Below are positions 30,259-39,265 of a DNA stretch of 64,000 nt, in pieces; position 1 is the first letter of the stretch; every line of letters begins with the position of its first letter. Below the pieces are notes generated by a model that was not told the origin of the DNA, did no database searches, and worked only from the letters and a program-made list of their open reading frames with translations. A program made the position numbers and the translations under genes. The DNA lies in contig CAMBFG010000004.1 in assembly GCA_945865925.1 (NCBI GenBank), forward strand, positions 46,659 through 110,658, read 5' to 3'. Origin of the DNA: Dehalococcoides mccartyi. GTDB taxonomy: Bacteria; Chloroflexota; Dehalococcoidia; UBA2979.

Positions 30259-30280
30259 AGGCCCGCCACCCGGCGGGCCT
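30259..30280 (+). terminator. terminator-like hairpin
   Basis: AGGCCCGCC-ACCC-GGCGGGCCT, 31 nt after the stop. No clear U-tract. Confidence 0.45.
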
Positions 30281-30407
30281 CGCTGTGCCCCCAGCGAGCG
30301 TGAAACGGGCCAGATACAACCTTGACGTGAACGGCAGAGTGAGGCAGAGTAAGCGACTAGGCATCCGAGGACGGGCACCTCTCACGGCAGCACTGGGGCA
30401 GCATTAC

Positions 30408-31700
30408 ATGGCGATCGAAGCTCGAGCGGTAGATTCAGCGATCCCCGCCGCGCCTGTGGCGGAAGGCGGCATCGCGCCGGTCGGCGGGCGGTTCAACACC
30501 TTCCGCTCGCTCCGTCACCGGAACTACCGGCTGATCTGGATCGGCACCCTCTTCTCCTCCTCCGGGCAGTGGATCCAGCAAGCCGCCCTCGGCTGGCTCA
30601 CCTATGACCTCACCGGGTCGGCTGCGCTCCTCGGCGCGGTGAACGGCGCTCGTTCGCTCCCGCTGCTCTTCCTCGGGCCAGTGGGTGGCGTCGCGGCGGA
30701 CCGCTTCGACAAAAAGCGGCTGATGCTGACCACGCAGGCCTTCATGGTCGTGATCTCACTCGTCTTCGCGACGCTCATCGTCACTGGCCTCCTGGAGGTC
30801 TGGCACATCTTCGCGTTCACCCTGCTCTCCGGCGTCGGCTGGGCGTTCAACATGCCCGTCCGCCAGTCGATCGTGCCCAACCTCGTGCCGCGCGAGGACA
30901 TGATGAACGCGATGGCGCTGAACTCTGCCGCGTTCAATGTGACGCGCATCGGCGGCCCTGCTATCGCCGGCCTGATGATCGCGAAAATCGGCCCGGGTGA
31001 GAACTTCTTCATCCAGGCTGCGATGTATATCGGCGTCTCCATCACCGTGATGCAGTTGTCCCTGCCGCAGTTCAAGACCGTCACCAACCGCTCGATCCGC
31101 GGGGGCGTCACCGAGGGCGCGAAGTACGTCTGGCACCACCCGACGCTCCGTACCCAGATGACGCTCGCGCTGGTGCCCGTCGTCATCGCGTTGCCGTACG
31201 TCTCACTCCTTCCAGTGGTCGCACGCGACAACCTGGACAAGGGGCCGGGTGGCTTCGGGATGATGATGTCCGCGCCGGGGATTGGTGCGGTGGCGTCCAC
31301 GCTGCTGCTGGCGACGATGAAGGACATCGAGCGCAAGGGGCTGCTGCTGCTCGGCGCGGTGTTCGCCTTCGGGATCGCGCTGATCGCGTTTGCGGCTTCC
31401 GTCTCGATCTTTGAGAACTACGTGCTGGCCCTGGCGCTGCTGGTCGTGGTTGGCGCCTGCCAGATGGTGTTCATGACCACGAATCAGACCGTGCTGCAGT
31501 TGACGACCCCGGACGAGTATCGAGGTCGCGTGATGGGCCTGTTCATGCTGAACCAGGGCCTGCTCCCGCTCGGCAGCCTGTTCGGCGGCGTGATCGCGGA
31601 GTTCACGAACGCTCAGACGGCGCTCTTTGTGATGGGCGGTTCCGTGATGCTCCTCGCCGTGGCTTTTGCCCTCTTCGCGAAGTCGGTGCGCACCCTCTAA
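30408..31700 (+). CDS. MFS transporter (EntS/MFS_3-like)
   Basis: ORF 30255..31700, ATG at 30408. FRSLRHRNYRLIWIGTLFSSSGQWIQ is typical of this MFS subgroup. 12-TM profile. Confidence 0.8.
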   Translation: MAIEARAVDSAIPAAPVAEGGIAPVGGRFNTFRSLRHRNYRLIWIGTLFSSSGQWIQQAALGWLTYDLTGSAALLGAVNGARSLPLLFLGPVGGVAADRFDKKRLMLTTQAFMVVISLVFATLIVTGLLEVWHIFAFTLLSGVGWAFNMPVRQSIVPNLVPREDMMNAMALNSAAFNVTRIGGPAIAGLMIAKIGPGENFFIQAAMYIGVSITVMQLSLPQFKTVTNRSIRGGVTEGAKYVWHHPTLRTQMTLALVPVVIALPYVSLLPVVARDNLDKGPGGFGMMMSAPGIGAVASTLLLATMKDIERKGLLLLGAVFAFGIALIAFAASVSIFENYVLALALLVVVGACQMVFMTTNQTVLQLTTPDEYRGRVMGLFMLNQGLLPLGSLFGGVIAEFTNAQTALFVMGGSVMLLAVAFALFAKSVRTL

Positions 31701-31727
31701 CCCACCGCCCGCTGTCCGCCCCCCTCA

Positions 31728-31767
31728 GCCGCCCGCGCTCCCCTCAAGCGCGGGCGGCCTCGTTTTT
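31728..31767. terminator. strong intrinsic terminator
   Basis: 11-bp GC stem GCCGCCCGCGC...GCGCGGGCGGC followed by CTCGTTTTT. Lies between convergent genes. Confidence 0.8.
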
Positions 31768-31785
31768 GGCCGTCCTCGCCGAGGC

Positions 31786-32715
31786 CTAGCGTCCGAGGCC
31801 TGCGAGGCCCAGCAAGAACCCGCGAGCCGCCTCGTTCGCGTTGTCATCGAGCAGGCCGTGTTCGCCACCGGCCACGACGATCAGGCGCGACGAGACGCCC
31901 ACGCCTCGAAGCGCCGCATCGAGGAGGCGTGACTGCTCCGGTGGGATGACACGGTCGGCGCTGCCGTGGAGCAGCAGGAACGGTGGTGCGCCCGCCTTCG
32001 CGTACGTCAGCGGACTGGCGCCCCACGCACGGTCGCCGCACAGCAGGAACGAGCACCCGAGCGCCTGGAACTGCTCGGACACCTCGCAGCCCGTGCATTC
32101 ACCGGCGAGCCGTCCGATGTCGCTCGGCCCCGCGTACGCCACCACACCCGCGACCACGCTGGACTGCTCACGGTTGCCGCCCACGTCACCCTCAAGCGTT
32201 GCATCATCCGAGGTGAGCGCCACCAGCGAGGCCAGGTGCCCACCAGCCGAGAACCCGACGAGGTACACGCGTGCCGGATCAAACCCGTACTCGCTCGCAT
32301 GCGCCCGGAGCCAGCGGATCGAGCCCTTCACGTCGTGCAGTTGCGCGGGGTGCGTCGAGAGGCCGGTGAGCCGGTAGTTCACGGACGCGATGGCGAAGCC
32401 TCGGTCGCGCAGGTCGAGCACTACAGGCGGCACCGGCACCTTGTCCCCCGCGACCCATGAGCCGCCATGCAGCCACACGACGACCGGCGCAGGCGCCCCT
32501 CGGGACGGGAGATAGAGGTCGAGGGTGCGAACCCCGTCCGCGTACACGAGGTCGCGGTGCGAGGCGTTGAGCGCGACGCGCGGGATCACCGTGGCCTTCG
32601 CCGTCGCAGGCCCGCTCGCCGGCTCGGGCGACCCGGGCGGACTCGATCCACCGCAGGCACTCGCCAGTACCGTCAGCACGAGGGCGATTGGCCAGATGAG
32701 GTGACGAGGGGTCAT
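31786..32715 (-). CDS. alpha/beta hydrolase (esterase/lipase) lipoprotein
   Basis: Lipobox LASAC, VVVWLHGGSW (HGG oxyanion motif), GFSAGGHL (GxSxG). Confidence 0.88.
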   Translation of the reverse strand: MTPRHLIWPIALVLTVLASACGGSSPPGSPEPASGPATAKATVIPRVALNASHRDLVYADGVRTLDLYLPSRGAPAPVVVWLHGGSWVAGDKVPVPPVVLDLRDRGFAIASVNYRLTGLSTHPAQLHDVKGSIRWLRAHASEYGFDPARVYLVGFSAGGHLASLVALTSDDATLEGDVGGNREQSSVVAGVVAYAGPSDIGRLAGECTGCEVSEQFQALGCSFLLCGDRAWGASPLTYAKAGAPPFLLLHGSADRVIPPEQSRLLDAALRGVGVSSRLIVVAGGEHGLLDDNANEAARGFLLGLAGLGR

Positions 32716-32754
32716 CGGACCAGCGTATCGCGACGGGGTGTGTGGCCTGTGTGC

Positions 32755-33696
32755 CTAAGGCCCCAGCAACCAGTCGAGCGGGCCCATCTCGTAACCCTGC
32801 CTGCGGAGGCCATCGATCACCGCCGGGAGCGCGGGGCCGTCCTGCGCCGCCGCACCGACGTGGAAGATGTAGATGGCACCCGGAGAGGCGAGGCGCAGGC
32901 AGCGCTCTTCGATCCCGCCACGAGACAGTCCGTTCCAACCGAGCGAGTCCACCGTCCACATCGCGACGATGTCGTAGCCGCTGCCATACACGTCCGCGCT
33001 CACGGAGCCGTCCATATCGCCATACGGCGGCCGGAAGTACGGCTTCGTCGTCGCGTTCGCGATGCGCTGCACCGCGGCCTCCGTCAGGTCAAGTTCGCGG
33101 ACACGCGCCTCGGCGGACTTCGGCCCACGGCCGGTCGAGAAGCCAGTAAACGAGTCGTGCGTCTGGGTGTGATTGATGAAGTGGTGGCCCTCGGCCGCCA
33201 TCCGGCGCAGGAGGTCGGGGTTCGCCTCCGCCCACTGGCCGGTCATCCCGAACGACGCACGCACGTGGGCCGTCAGCAACGTGTCGAGGATCGACTCGGC
33301 ATACCCGCGGTCGGCCCCCGCATCGAAGGTGAGCGCCACCCGCATCTCCGTGGTCTGCACGCGGTCGACCACACGCGCTCGCGATCCCACGACCCGAGGC
33401 ACGATGGGGCTGGGCGCGCTTTGCGTGACGATGGGCGGGTCAGGCATCGAGGGGCTGGCCGCGCGCGCCTGCTCCCTCGCCTCCACTGCCTGAGGCGTCG
33501 AGTCGACGGCGACCGTCACTGACCCCGGCGACCCGGCAGCAGCCGCCGACGTGGTAATCGCACCGATGTACGCGGTCGGCGGCGGCGTCTCGCGCGGGGT
33601 CGGTGACGCCTCCGGCGGCACGTAACTACCACACCCCACCACGAGGGCGCCCGCCAGCACGAGGGTCAGCGCGGCGACGCGCCGCTGCGCGCTCAC
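32755..33696 (-). CDS. polysaccharide deacetylase (CE4/NodB) lipoprotein
   Basis: Lipobox VVGC, ALTFDAGAD...HFINHTQTHDSF. The start overlaps the stop of the upstream amidase gene by 4 nt. Confidence 0.88.
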   Translation of the reverse strand: MSAQRRVAALTLVLAGALVVGCGSYVPPEASPTPRETPPPTAYIGAITTSAAAAGSPGSVTVAVDSTPQAVEAREQARAASPSMPDPPIVTQSAPSPIVPRVVGSRARVVDRVQTTEMRVALTFDAGADRGYAESILDTLLTAHVRASFGMTGQWAEANPDLLRRMAAEGHHFINHTQTHDSFTGFSTGRGPKSAEARVRELDLTEAAVQRIANATTKPYFRPPYGDMDGSVSADVYGSGYDIVAMWTVDSLGWNGLSRGGIEERCLRLASPGAIYIFHVGAAAQDGPALPAVIDGLRRQGYEMGPLDWLLGP

Positions 33697-34736
33697 CTCG
33701 GGTTCTCCGTGAGGAATCGCGCGATGCCGAGGACGACGCCGCGCGCCATCGTCTCGCGCGCCGTGTCGTCCGCCAGCAACTGGGCGTCCTCCCAGTTGCT
33801 GATGAACAGCAACTCCACCAACGCGCCCGGCATCCCCGTCGCGCGGCTCGCGATCGCGTCCTGCCCCGGCGCGAAGCCGAGGGTGCTCGGGTCACCACCT
33901 CGGCGCAGCGTCTCGTCGCGGGAGGTCACCCGCGGTGGGCCAAGCAAGAAGAGCGGGAAGCACTGCCCCTGGAAGGCGCGCAGGCAGGCGTCGTCCAGCG
34001 CGCCTCGGTCACGGACGCTGTAGCCCGTGCGGCGCATCTCGGAGATCACCGTGGACTGGATCGTCTGCGCCAGCACGCTGCTCTCGGCGGAGAACGGCCG
34101 CTGCGAGTTGTAGTAGGTCTCAATCCCGTTCGCCGAGGGATCGTTCAGTCCATTCGAGTGCAGCGAGACGAATAGCGCTGCGCCGGCGGCGTTCGCGATG
34201 TCGATGCGCGCCTGCAGGTCACGTCGCTGCGCACTGAACCCCTGCGGTTGCCCGGGGCCATCGATGTCCCCGATGGCACGGCCGCTGTCCACTCGGGTCA
34301 TCAGCACGCGATAGCCAGACTGCGTCAGCAGGCGCTGCACGCGCTGTGCCATTTCGAGGTTGGAGTCTTTCTCCACGATCCCGTTCGCGGCCGCGCCGAT
34401 CTCGTCGCCGCCGTGGCCAGCGTCGACGAGGATCAGTGCGCCGTTCCCGGGCGGGATCGCGATCTGTGAAAGGTCGAGGGGCGCGGCTGCCGTCACCGCG
34501 TTCGTGTTGAGCGTAGACGGCACCGTCACCGCGAGGACGCTCGGCGCAGCAGTCGCTGCCGCTGAGGCGATGAGCGAGGCGGGTTCGGTCGGGTTTGTGG
34601 GCGAAGCCGTCGGCGCGGATGCAGCCGCGATTGTTGACACTTCTGCGGGCGTCGAGGTGCGCGGTGCCGGGTCGCCTGCACAGGCCACCATCAGCATCCC
34701 CGCGATCAGCAGGGGCCAAACACCACGGTGGGACAA
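33693..34736 (-). CDS. N-acetylmuramoyl-L-alanine amidase (Amidase_3) lipoprotein
   Basis: ORF 33693..35225. Contains ILVDAGHGGDEIGA and FVSLHSNG. Chosen start is TTG 34736 (MSHRGVWPLLIAGMLMVACAG, lipobox), preceded by GGAGG. The start is uncertain. Confidence 0.8.
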   Translation of the reverse strand: MSHRGVWPLLIAGMLMVACAGDPAPRTSTPAEVSTIAAASAPTASPTNPTEPASLIASAAATAAPSVLAVTVPSTLNTNAVTAAAPLDLSQIAIPPGNGALILVDAGHGGDEIGAAANGIVEKDSNLEMAQRVQRLLTQSGYRVLMTRVDSGRAIGDIDGPGQPQGFSAQRRDLQARIDIANAAGAALFVSLHSNGLNDPSANGIETYYNSQRPFSAESSVLAQTIQSTVISEMRRTGYSVRDRGALDDACLRAFQGQCFPLFLLGPPRVTSRDETLRRGGDPSTLGFAPGQDAIASRATGMPGALVELLFISNWEDAQLLADDTARETMARGVVLGIARFLTENPR

Positions 34737-34914
34737 TCCGCCTCCGCCTCGCCCGCTGGTTCCCCTCTGCGATCCGAAGCGCAAGCAGCATAGCCGAGCA
34801 TGCGCCCCCCATTCTGTGCATCGATTCTGTGTGCAGGCGGCCGCCGCGTTACTTATGCTGCCGCCAACCCCTCTTTGCTGGTCCCCGCGCCGGGTATCGA
34901 GGCGCATCAGGGCG

Positions 34915-35940
34915 ATGTCCAACCGCAGACCGACCCTCCGCCGGCCGGCCCTCGCCCTCGTGATCGCCCTCGCGGCGGTCACGATGTTGGCGTGCGGCAG
35001 CGACGGGCGTCCGACGATCAGCCTGCGGTCGACCGCCACTCCGGCGACCACATTGACCTCCCCGGCGATGAGCGTCCCCGCGGATGACCCCGTGATGAGC
35101 GCCGCCGCCTTCGTCTCTGTCGCCTCACCCGGCCGCCCACTGCCCTCGTTCTGGGCTGGCGGGCCGGCGATGCGCGAGGCCGCGACCTTCGCACCGGCGA
35201 ACGCTGCACTCGCTGCCCTCGTCATGGACGAGGCTTCGGGCCTGGTCCTCTACGAGAAGGATGCTCACCGACAGTTGTCGCCCGCCAGCCTGACGAAGAT
35301 CGCCACCGCGATCCTTGCCGCCGAACATGGCGACCTCGACCGCATGGTCACCGTCGATGTCGACAGCCGCACGATGCGCGGCAGCACGGTGATGGGACTC
35401 ATCCCCGGCGACCGCTTTACGATGCGCGACCTGTTGCACGGCCTGATGATGCCGTCCGGCAACGACGCCGCGCTCGCCATCGGCCGTGCCGTCTCCGGCT
35501 CCGATGAGGCCTTCGTGCGGGAGATGAACCAGCTCTCGCGCCGCCTCGGCCTGACGGACACGAACTGGGCGAACCCCCACGGCCTCAACGGCACAGACCA
35601 CCGCACGAGCGCCTACGACCTGGCGATCCTGTCGCGGTACTACATGTCGTTCCCCGACCTGCGGGATGTCGTCGCAAAGGGCGCCTACTCCGCACGAGGC
35701 GATCGAGCGGTACCGATGGGGACGCTGAACCCGCTCTTCGGCTACCCGGGAGTCGATGGCCTGAAGACGGGCTACACGCGGCTCGCGGGCAACACCATCG
35801 TCACCTCGCGCGTGAAGGACGGCCACCGCATCTTCGTGGTGATCCTGAACGACAGCGCCCGCAGCACGGACGCCTGGGCACTCTCCCAGTGGGCGTTCAC
35901 ATCCTTCCGCTGGCCGGACGTGGCTGCCGCCGAACGCTAG
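34915..35940 (+). CDS. D-alanyl-D-alanine carboxypeptidase (S11, PBP5/DacB-like) lipoprotein
   Basis: ORF 34360..35940, ATG at 34915. Lipobox LAC, SPASLTKI (SxxK), SGND (SxN) and KTGYT (KTG). Confidence 0.9.
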   Translation: MSNRRPTLRRPALALVIALAAVTMLACGSDGRPTISLRSTATPATTLTSPAMSVPADDPVMSAAAFVSVASPGRPLPSFWAGGPAMREAATFAPANAALAALVMDEASGLVLYEKDAHRQLSPASLTKIATAILAAEHGDLDRMVTVDVDSRTMRGSTVMGLIPGDRFTMRDLLHGLMMPSGNDAALAIGRAVSGSDEAFVREMNQLSRRLGLTDTNWANPHGLNGTDHRTSAYDLAILSRYYMSFPDLRDVVAKGAYSARGDRAVPMGTLNPLFGYPGVDGLKTGYTRLAGNTIVTSRVKDGHRIFVVILNDSARSTDAWALSQWAFTSFRWPDVAAAER

Positions 35941-36971
35941 CTCTCCACGGAGACGGGCGTGGGTTGCGCCCGACGGAACGAAGCGTAGACGGGCAGCGTG
36001 ACCAGGAACGGCACCAGGTAGTAGACGAGACGGAAGAGCAACGCCCCGAGTACGGCGTCCTCGATCGGTACCCCCTGCAAGGCCAGCACGGCCGCCAGCG
36101 ACCCGTCCTGTACTCCCATCCCCCCGGGCACCAGCGAGGCGAATCCCACCACCACGGCAATCGAGAAGCCACCCAGCAGGACGCCCAGCGCGACCGGAGC
36201 ACCGACCGCGTCCAGGCAGAGCCACAGAACACCCAGTGCGGCCACCCAATCCAGCGCTAGAAACAGACACGGCCACCACGCTGCGCGAGGGTCGTAACGC
36301 AGTGCATGCGCCATTCGCCCGAGTGTGCGGTCGAAATCCTCGAAGGAGTCGCTGAACGCGCTCCCCCAGCGATCGGGAAGCAGACGGACCACCACTCGGC
36401 CAACCACGTGGATCAACGCCACACGGAGCCGGGCGCTGAACATCGCTGTTGTCGAGAGTCCGAAAAAGATCACCACCAACACCCCACCAGCCATCAGGGT
36501 GCGCCGCCACGCCTCGTCCGTCGCGGGATCACGGACGAGATGAAGGAGGCCGAGAGCCAGCAGAACGAACATCGCCAAGTTGTTCAGGTACGAATGCACC
36601 AATGACATCGCCAGCGTGTCACCGGTCGCGATCCCGTATCGCTTCGAGAGTATGGCGCGGAGCGAGTAGCCCGCGACACCACCAAACGAGATCAAATGAC
36701 TCACCGCCACGGAGACGAAGGCGATCCACATCATCGGCCAGCGCGGCACCGCCACACCGACCACGCGCCCGAGGGACACGAGGCTCGCACTGATGCACGC
36801 GTAGGAGAACGCCGTGAGCAGCAGCGCCGGGATCACCAGTAACCAGTCCGTGTGTCCCAACAGCCCACCCAACCCTCGGATGGTGGAAGCCGCAGCGACG
36901 CAGCCCAGAAGAGCTACTGCGACCAGCAGCCCGATCAGCGTGTGCGAACGGCGACGACGAGTGGCCTGCAT
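35937..36971 (-). CDS. UPF0104 / lysyl-phosphatidylglycerol synthase TM-region (flippase-like) membrane protein
   Basis: ORF 35937..37421, ATG at 36971 (MQATRRRRSHTLIGLL...). Polytopic, with ...SLVPGGMGVQDGSL near the C-terminus. The start overlaps the upstream stop by 1 nt. Confidence 0.8.
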   Translation of the reverse strand: MQATRRRRSHTLIGLLVAVALLGCVAAASTIRGLGGLLGHTDWLLVIPALLLTAFSYACISASLVSLGRVVGVAVPRWPMMWIAFVSVAVSHLISFGGVAGYSLRAILSKRYGIATGDTLAMSLVHSYLNNLAMFVLLALGLLHLVRDPATDEAWRRTLMAGGVLVVIFFGLSTTAMFSARLRVALIHVVGRVVVRLLPDRWGSAFSDSFEDFDRTLGRMAHALRYDPRAAWWPCLFLALDWVAALGVLWLCLDAVGAPVALGVLLGGFSIAVVVGFASLVPGGMGVQDGSLAAVLALQGVPIEDAVLGALLFRLVYYLVPFLVTLPVYASFRRAQPTPVSVES

Positions 36972-37639
36972 CACCGATCCGCCGTCAATCGAGTCAGCGC
37001 GAACGAGACACGCGCGAGGGCAATCGAACCCCCGCTGTAGATCAGAAAGCGATCCTCCCACTCCGGCTCGAACTTCTCCTTGTAGGCACGGAGACCGCGG
37101 TAGGAAAACAGCCGGTTCAGCCGCTCGAACAACTCGTGTACAGCACGCTCTTCGATCGTGGAGTCGGGATCCTCGCCCACCCCCGCGAACGGGGCGAGGC
37201 CTTCGCTGAACCAGCGGAAACCGCGTCCATGCAGATCCAGCATCATCGCCGTGAACAGGAAGTCCATGGTGCCGTTGACCGCATCCGGCTGCTGACGCAT
37301 CAGGTCCACCGTCGCTTCGCCCGGACGGTAAGACGGCACCACGTTCGCGAAGGCCCTCGCGACGCCAGCACGATCGCGCACCACGTAGACGGGCGACAAC
37401 CGAATGTAGTCGCGCGACCACTGGCCCAGGGTGAACCCTCGCTCACGGCGACCGGGGATGGTCAGCCAGCCGTCTGAGATTGCCGCGAGTTCGTCGAGTA
37501 GATGCGAGCTAAGCGGCGCCTCCACGCGCTCCAGAACGCAGCCATCGCGCTCGAACCGGCGACGCAAGTAGCGGAACCACTTCTGCGTGGATGTCTCTGC
37601 TACAAACCGGTCGAGGTCGACCAAGGCTTCCTCACCCAC
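36971..37639 (-). CDS. C-terminal part of MprF-like aminoacyl-phosphatidylglycerol synthase domain (DUF2156)
   Basis: (V)GEEALVDLDRFV...GFTLGQWS...FSYRGLRAYKEKFEPEWEDRFLIY. It is in frame with 37655..38665 and separated from it only by TGA plus 5 codons. Confidence 0.8.
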   Translation of the reverse strand: MGEEALVDLDRFVAETSTQKWFRYLRRRFERDGCVLERVEAPLSSHLLDELAAISDGWLTIPGRRERGFTLGQWSRDYIRLSPVYVVRDRAGVARAFANVVPSYRPGEATVDLMRQQPDAVNGTMDFLFTAMMLDLHGRGFRWFSEGLAPFAGVGEDPDSTIEERAVHELFERLNRLFSYRGLRAYKEKFEPEWEDRFLIYSGGSIALARVSFALTRLTADR

Positions 37640-37654
37640 TTTCAGGACCTGCAG

Positions 37655-38665
37655 TCAGCGCGCGCGATAGGTCGGCAACATCGCCGGAGTGACCTGATGG
37701 AAGGCCGGCAACCACCCGTTGTCCTCACACAGTTCAAGGAACAAATCGAGGGCGGCCTCCATCCCATCGGGTTCTCCGATCGGATTGCCAAGGGCGACTG
37801 CACAACCGGCGGCGACGCTGTACGCGACCACGCCACGCCTAGAACGGTCGAAGACGTAGGCCTTATCCGGCCAGCACTTGAAGAAGTCGAGCGACGAACC
37901 ACCGTATTCCTCTAGCAGTGCACGCACCTCGGCGCGCTCGTGAGGCAGCGTGCGGTGTCGGTAGCGGATCGGTAGCGCGATGGTGAACGCGATCAGCGAG
38001 GCTCCCGCGAACGTGGCAGCGTCCAGCGAGTGCAGGAACCAACGTGCGTATCTCGTGCCGGCCTGAAGGTCCGGGTTCCCGACCAGCAGCATCTGGCGCA
38101 ACGTCCGCCGAGCCGCCTCGGTGAGCGTGAAGTCGAAGCCGAAGTCGCGCTGGTCGAGGTAGGCAAAACCCAGCATGCCGTAAGCAAACGCGAGCACTGC
38201 GACACCGACGGCGAGCGCTACGCCTTGCACCACGCTCCATAGCTCACTGCGCACGGTGAACTGAGAACGGCTCACGACGAGGAGTATGAGGAGCAGTGCG
38301 GGGCCGAGCGCCAGCGGGCCGGTACCCGCCTTCAGGAAATGGGCGACCAGCGCAACGATTGCCGCCGTGACGGCTAACCACCAGGCCACCCGACGCCTCC
38401 GAGCAAGGTGATAAGCGAGGTACACGAGCAACATCCCGAAGACCGCCGAGAGCGGCCGCCCCCAGTGGTGCAGGCCAAACGGCAACGCGTCGCCAAGCAC
38501 GCTCGGACGGCCGGGAAGGCGCATCACCGTCGGAACGCCCAGGGCCAGAAGTCCGTTCAGAAGGGAAAAGAACGCCGCGGAGCGAGCCGTCCAGGGTGCC
38601 AGCCGGAGCATCAGGCGGTTGACCGCGGCGGGTCGAGGCAGGTGGAGGGCAGTATTGCGGTTCAT
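37655..38665 (-). CDS. N-terminal part of MprF-like aminoacyl-phosphatidylglycerol synthase (TM helices plus start of DUF2156 domain), ends at in-frame TGA
   Basis: About 6 TM helices, then ...LLEEYGGSSLDFFKCWPDKAYVFD...GNPIGEP. The stop TGA at 37655-37657 interrupts a continuous domain. Confidence 0.8.
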   Translation of the reverse strand: MNRNTALHLPRPAAVNRLMLRLAPWTARSAAFFSLLNGLLALGVPTVMRLPGRPSVLGDALPFGLHHWGRPLSAVFGMLLVYLAYHLARRRRVAWWLAVTAAIVALVAHFLKAGTGPLALGPALLLILLVVSRSQFTVRSELWSVVQGVALAVGVAVLAFAYGMLGFAYLDQRDFGFDFTLTEAARRTLRQMLLVGNPDLQAGTRYARWFLHSLDAATFAGASLIAFTIALPIRYRHRTLPHERAEVRALLEEYGGSSLDFFKCWPDKAYVFDRSRRGVVAYSVAAGCAVALGNPIGEPDGMEAALDLFLELCEDNGWLPAFHQVTPAMLPTYRAR

Positions 38666-38812
38666 CAGACCTCGGGCGGAGGAGCGCCACGGCTGATCCT
38701 ACCCCCGCACCGCCTGGCGCTCGACCACGCACGTGGGGGAGTTGCCACCGGGAATAACATACGTTACGAGTCGGAAGCCCGACGGGGCGCCGAACAACAG
38801 ATGGAGGACTCG

Positions 38813-38974
38813 ATGGCTGACAAGACGTGCCTGGTGTGCGCCAAGGTGATCGCTGAAGGCAAAGAGATGAAGTGGAACCACGAGGGCAAGTGGCTCGTGT
38901 TCGACGACATGGGCTGCCGCAACCGCTTCATCGGGAACCCGAAGAAGTACCTCGAAACCCCCGTCACCACCTAG
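38813..38974 (+). CDS. YHS-domain small protein
   Basis: MADKTCLVCAKVI...WLVFDDMGCRNRFIGNPKKY fits the YHS pattern (C-x2-C ... C-x3-F-x2-P-x2-Y). ATG at 38813 is preceded by GGAGGA. Confidence 0.75.
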   Translation: MADKTCLVCAKVIAEGKEMKWNHEGKWLVFDDMGCRNRFIGNPKKYLETPVTT

Positions 38975-39064
38975 GCGATCTTCCCCTGCCACCGCCGCGT
39001 CTCCGCCCCGTTTGAGGTGCTGAGCGCGGCGTGGTAGGTTCGGGCCGATTCACCACACGGTGAG

Positions 39065-39145
39065 CCGCTGGGGGGGCCGCGAGGCTGAGATCCGCAAGGA
39101 CCACCCCTGGAACCTGACCTCGGTTATGCGAGCGTAGGGAAGCGG
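39065..39145 (+). promoter_or_regulatory. TPP (THI-box) riboswitch aptamer
   Basis: P1 helix CCGCT...AGCGG. Conserved cores CTGAGA (39085-90), ACCCCTGGAACCTGA (39102-16) and GCGAGCGTAGGGAA (39128-41). Lies upstream of thiamine-related genes. Confidence 0.9.
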
Positions 39146-39265
39146 AACGAACGATGACGGAGCCCACCGGGCTCGCGTGCCCCATCGGACGTCGCCACAC
39201 CTTCACCCCCTCGCGCACGAGGTCGGGCCGCTGCGGCCACCCACGTATGCGAGAGGGGAGAACCC

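Noticed and set aside
35937-35940. Convergent gene pairs whose stop codons overlap within the palindrome GCTAGC (also at 50604..50607)
   Set aside because: This is real but most simply explained by chance: TAG on one strand reads CTA on the other. There is no further shared sequence or structure around the two sites.
35125-36510. 461-aa minus-strand ORF
   Set aside because: It overlaps two well-supported genes (the carboxypeptidase on plus, the UPF0104 protein in another minus frame). Composition is Gly/Arg/Ala-rich.
37655-37657. In-frame TGA in the MprF-like gene as selenocysteine, or TGA/TAG reassignment
   Set aside because: The surrounding motif is not a redox Cys/Sec context, I see no convincing SECIS-like hairpin immediately downstream, and both TGA and TAG terminate many intact genes in this window. 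A nonsense mutation or base error is more parsimonious.
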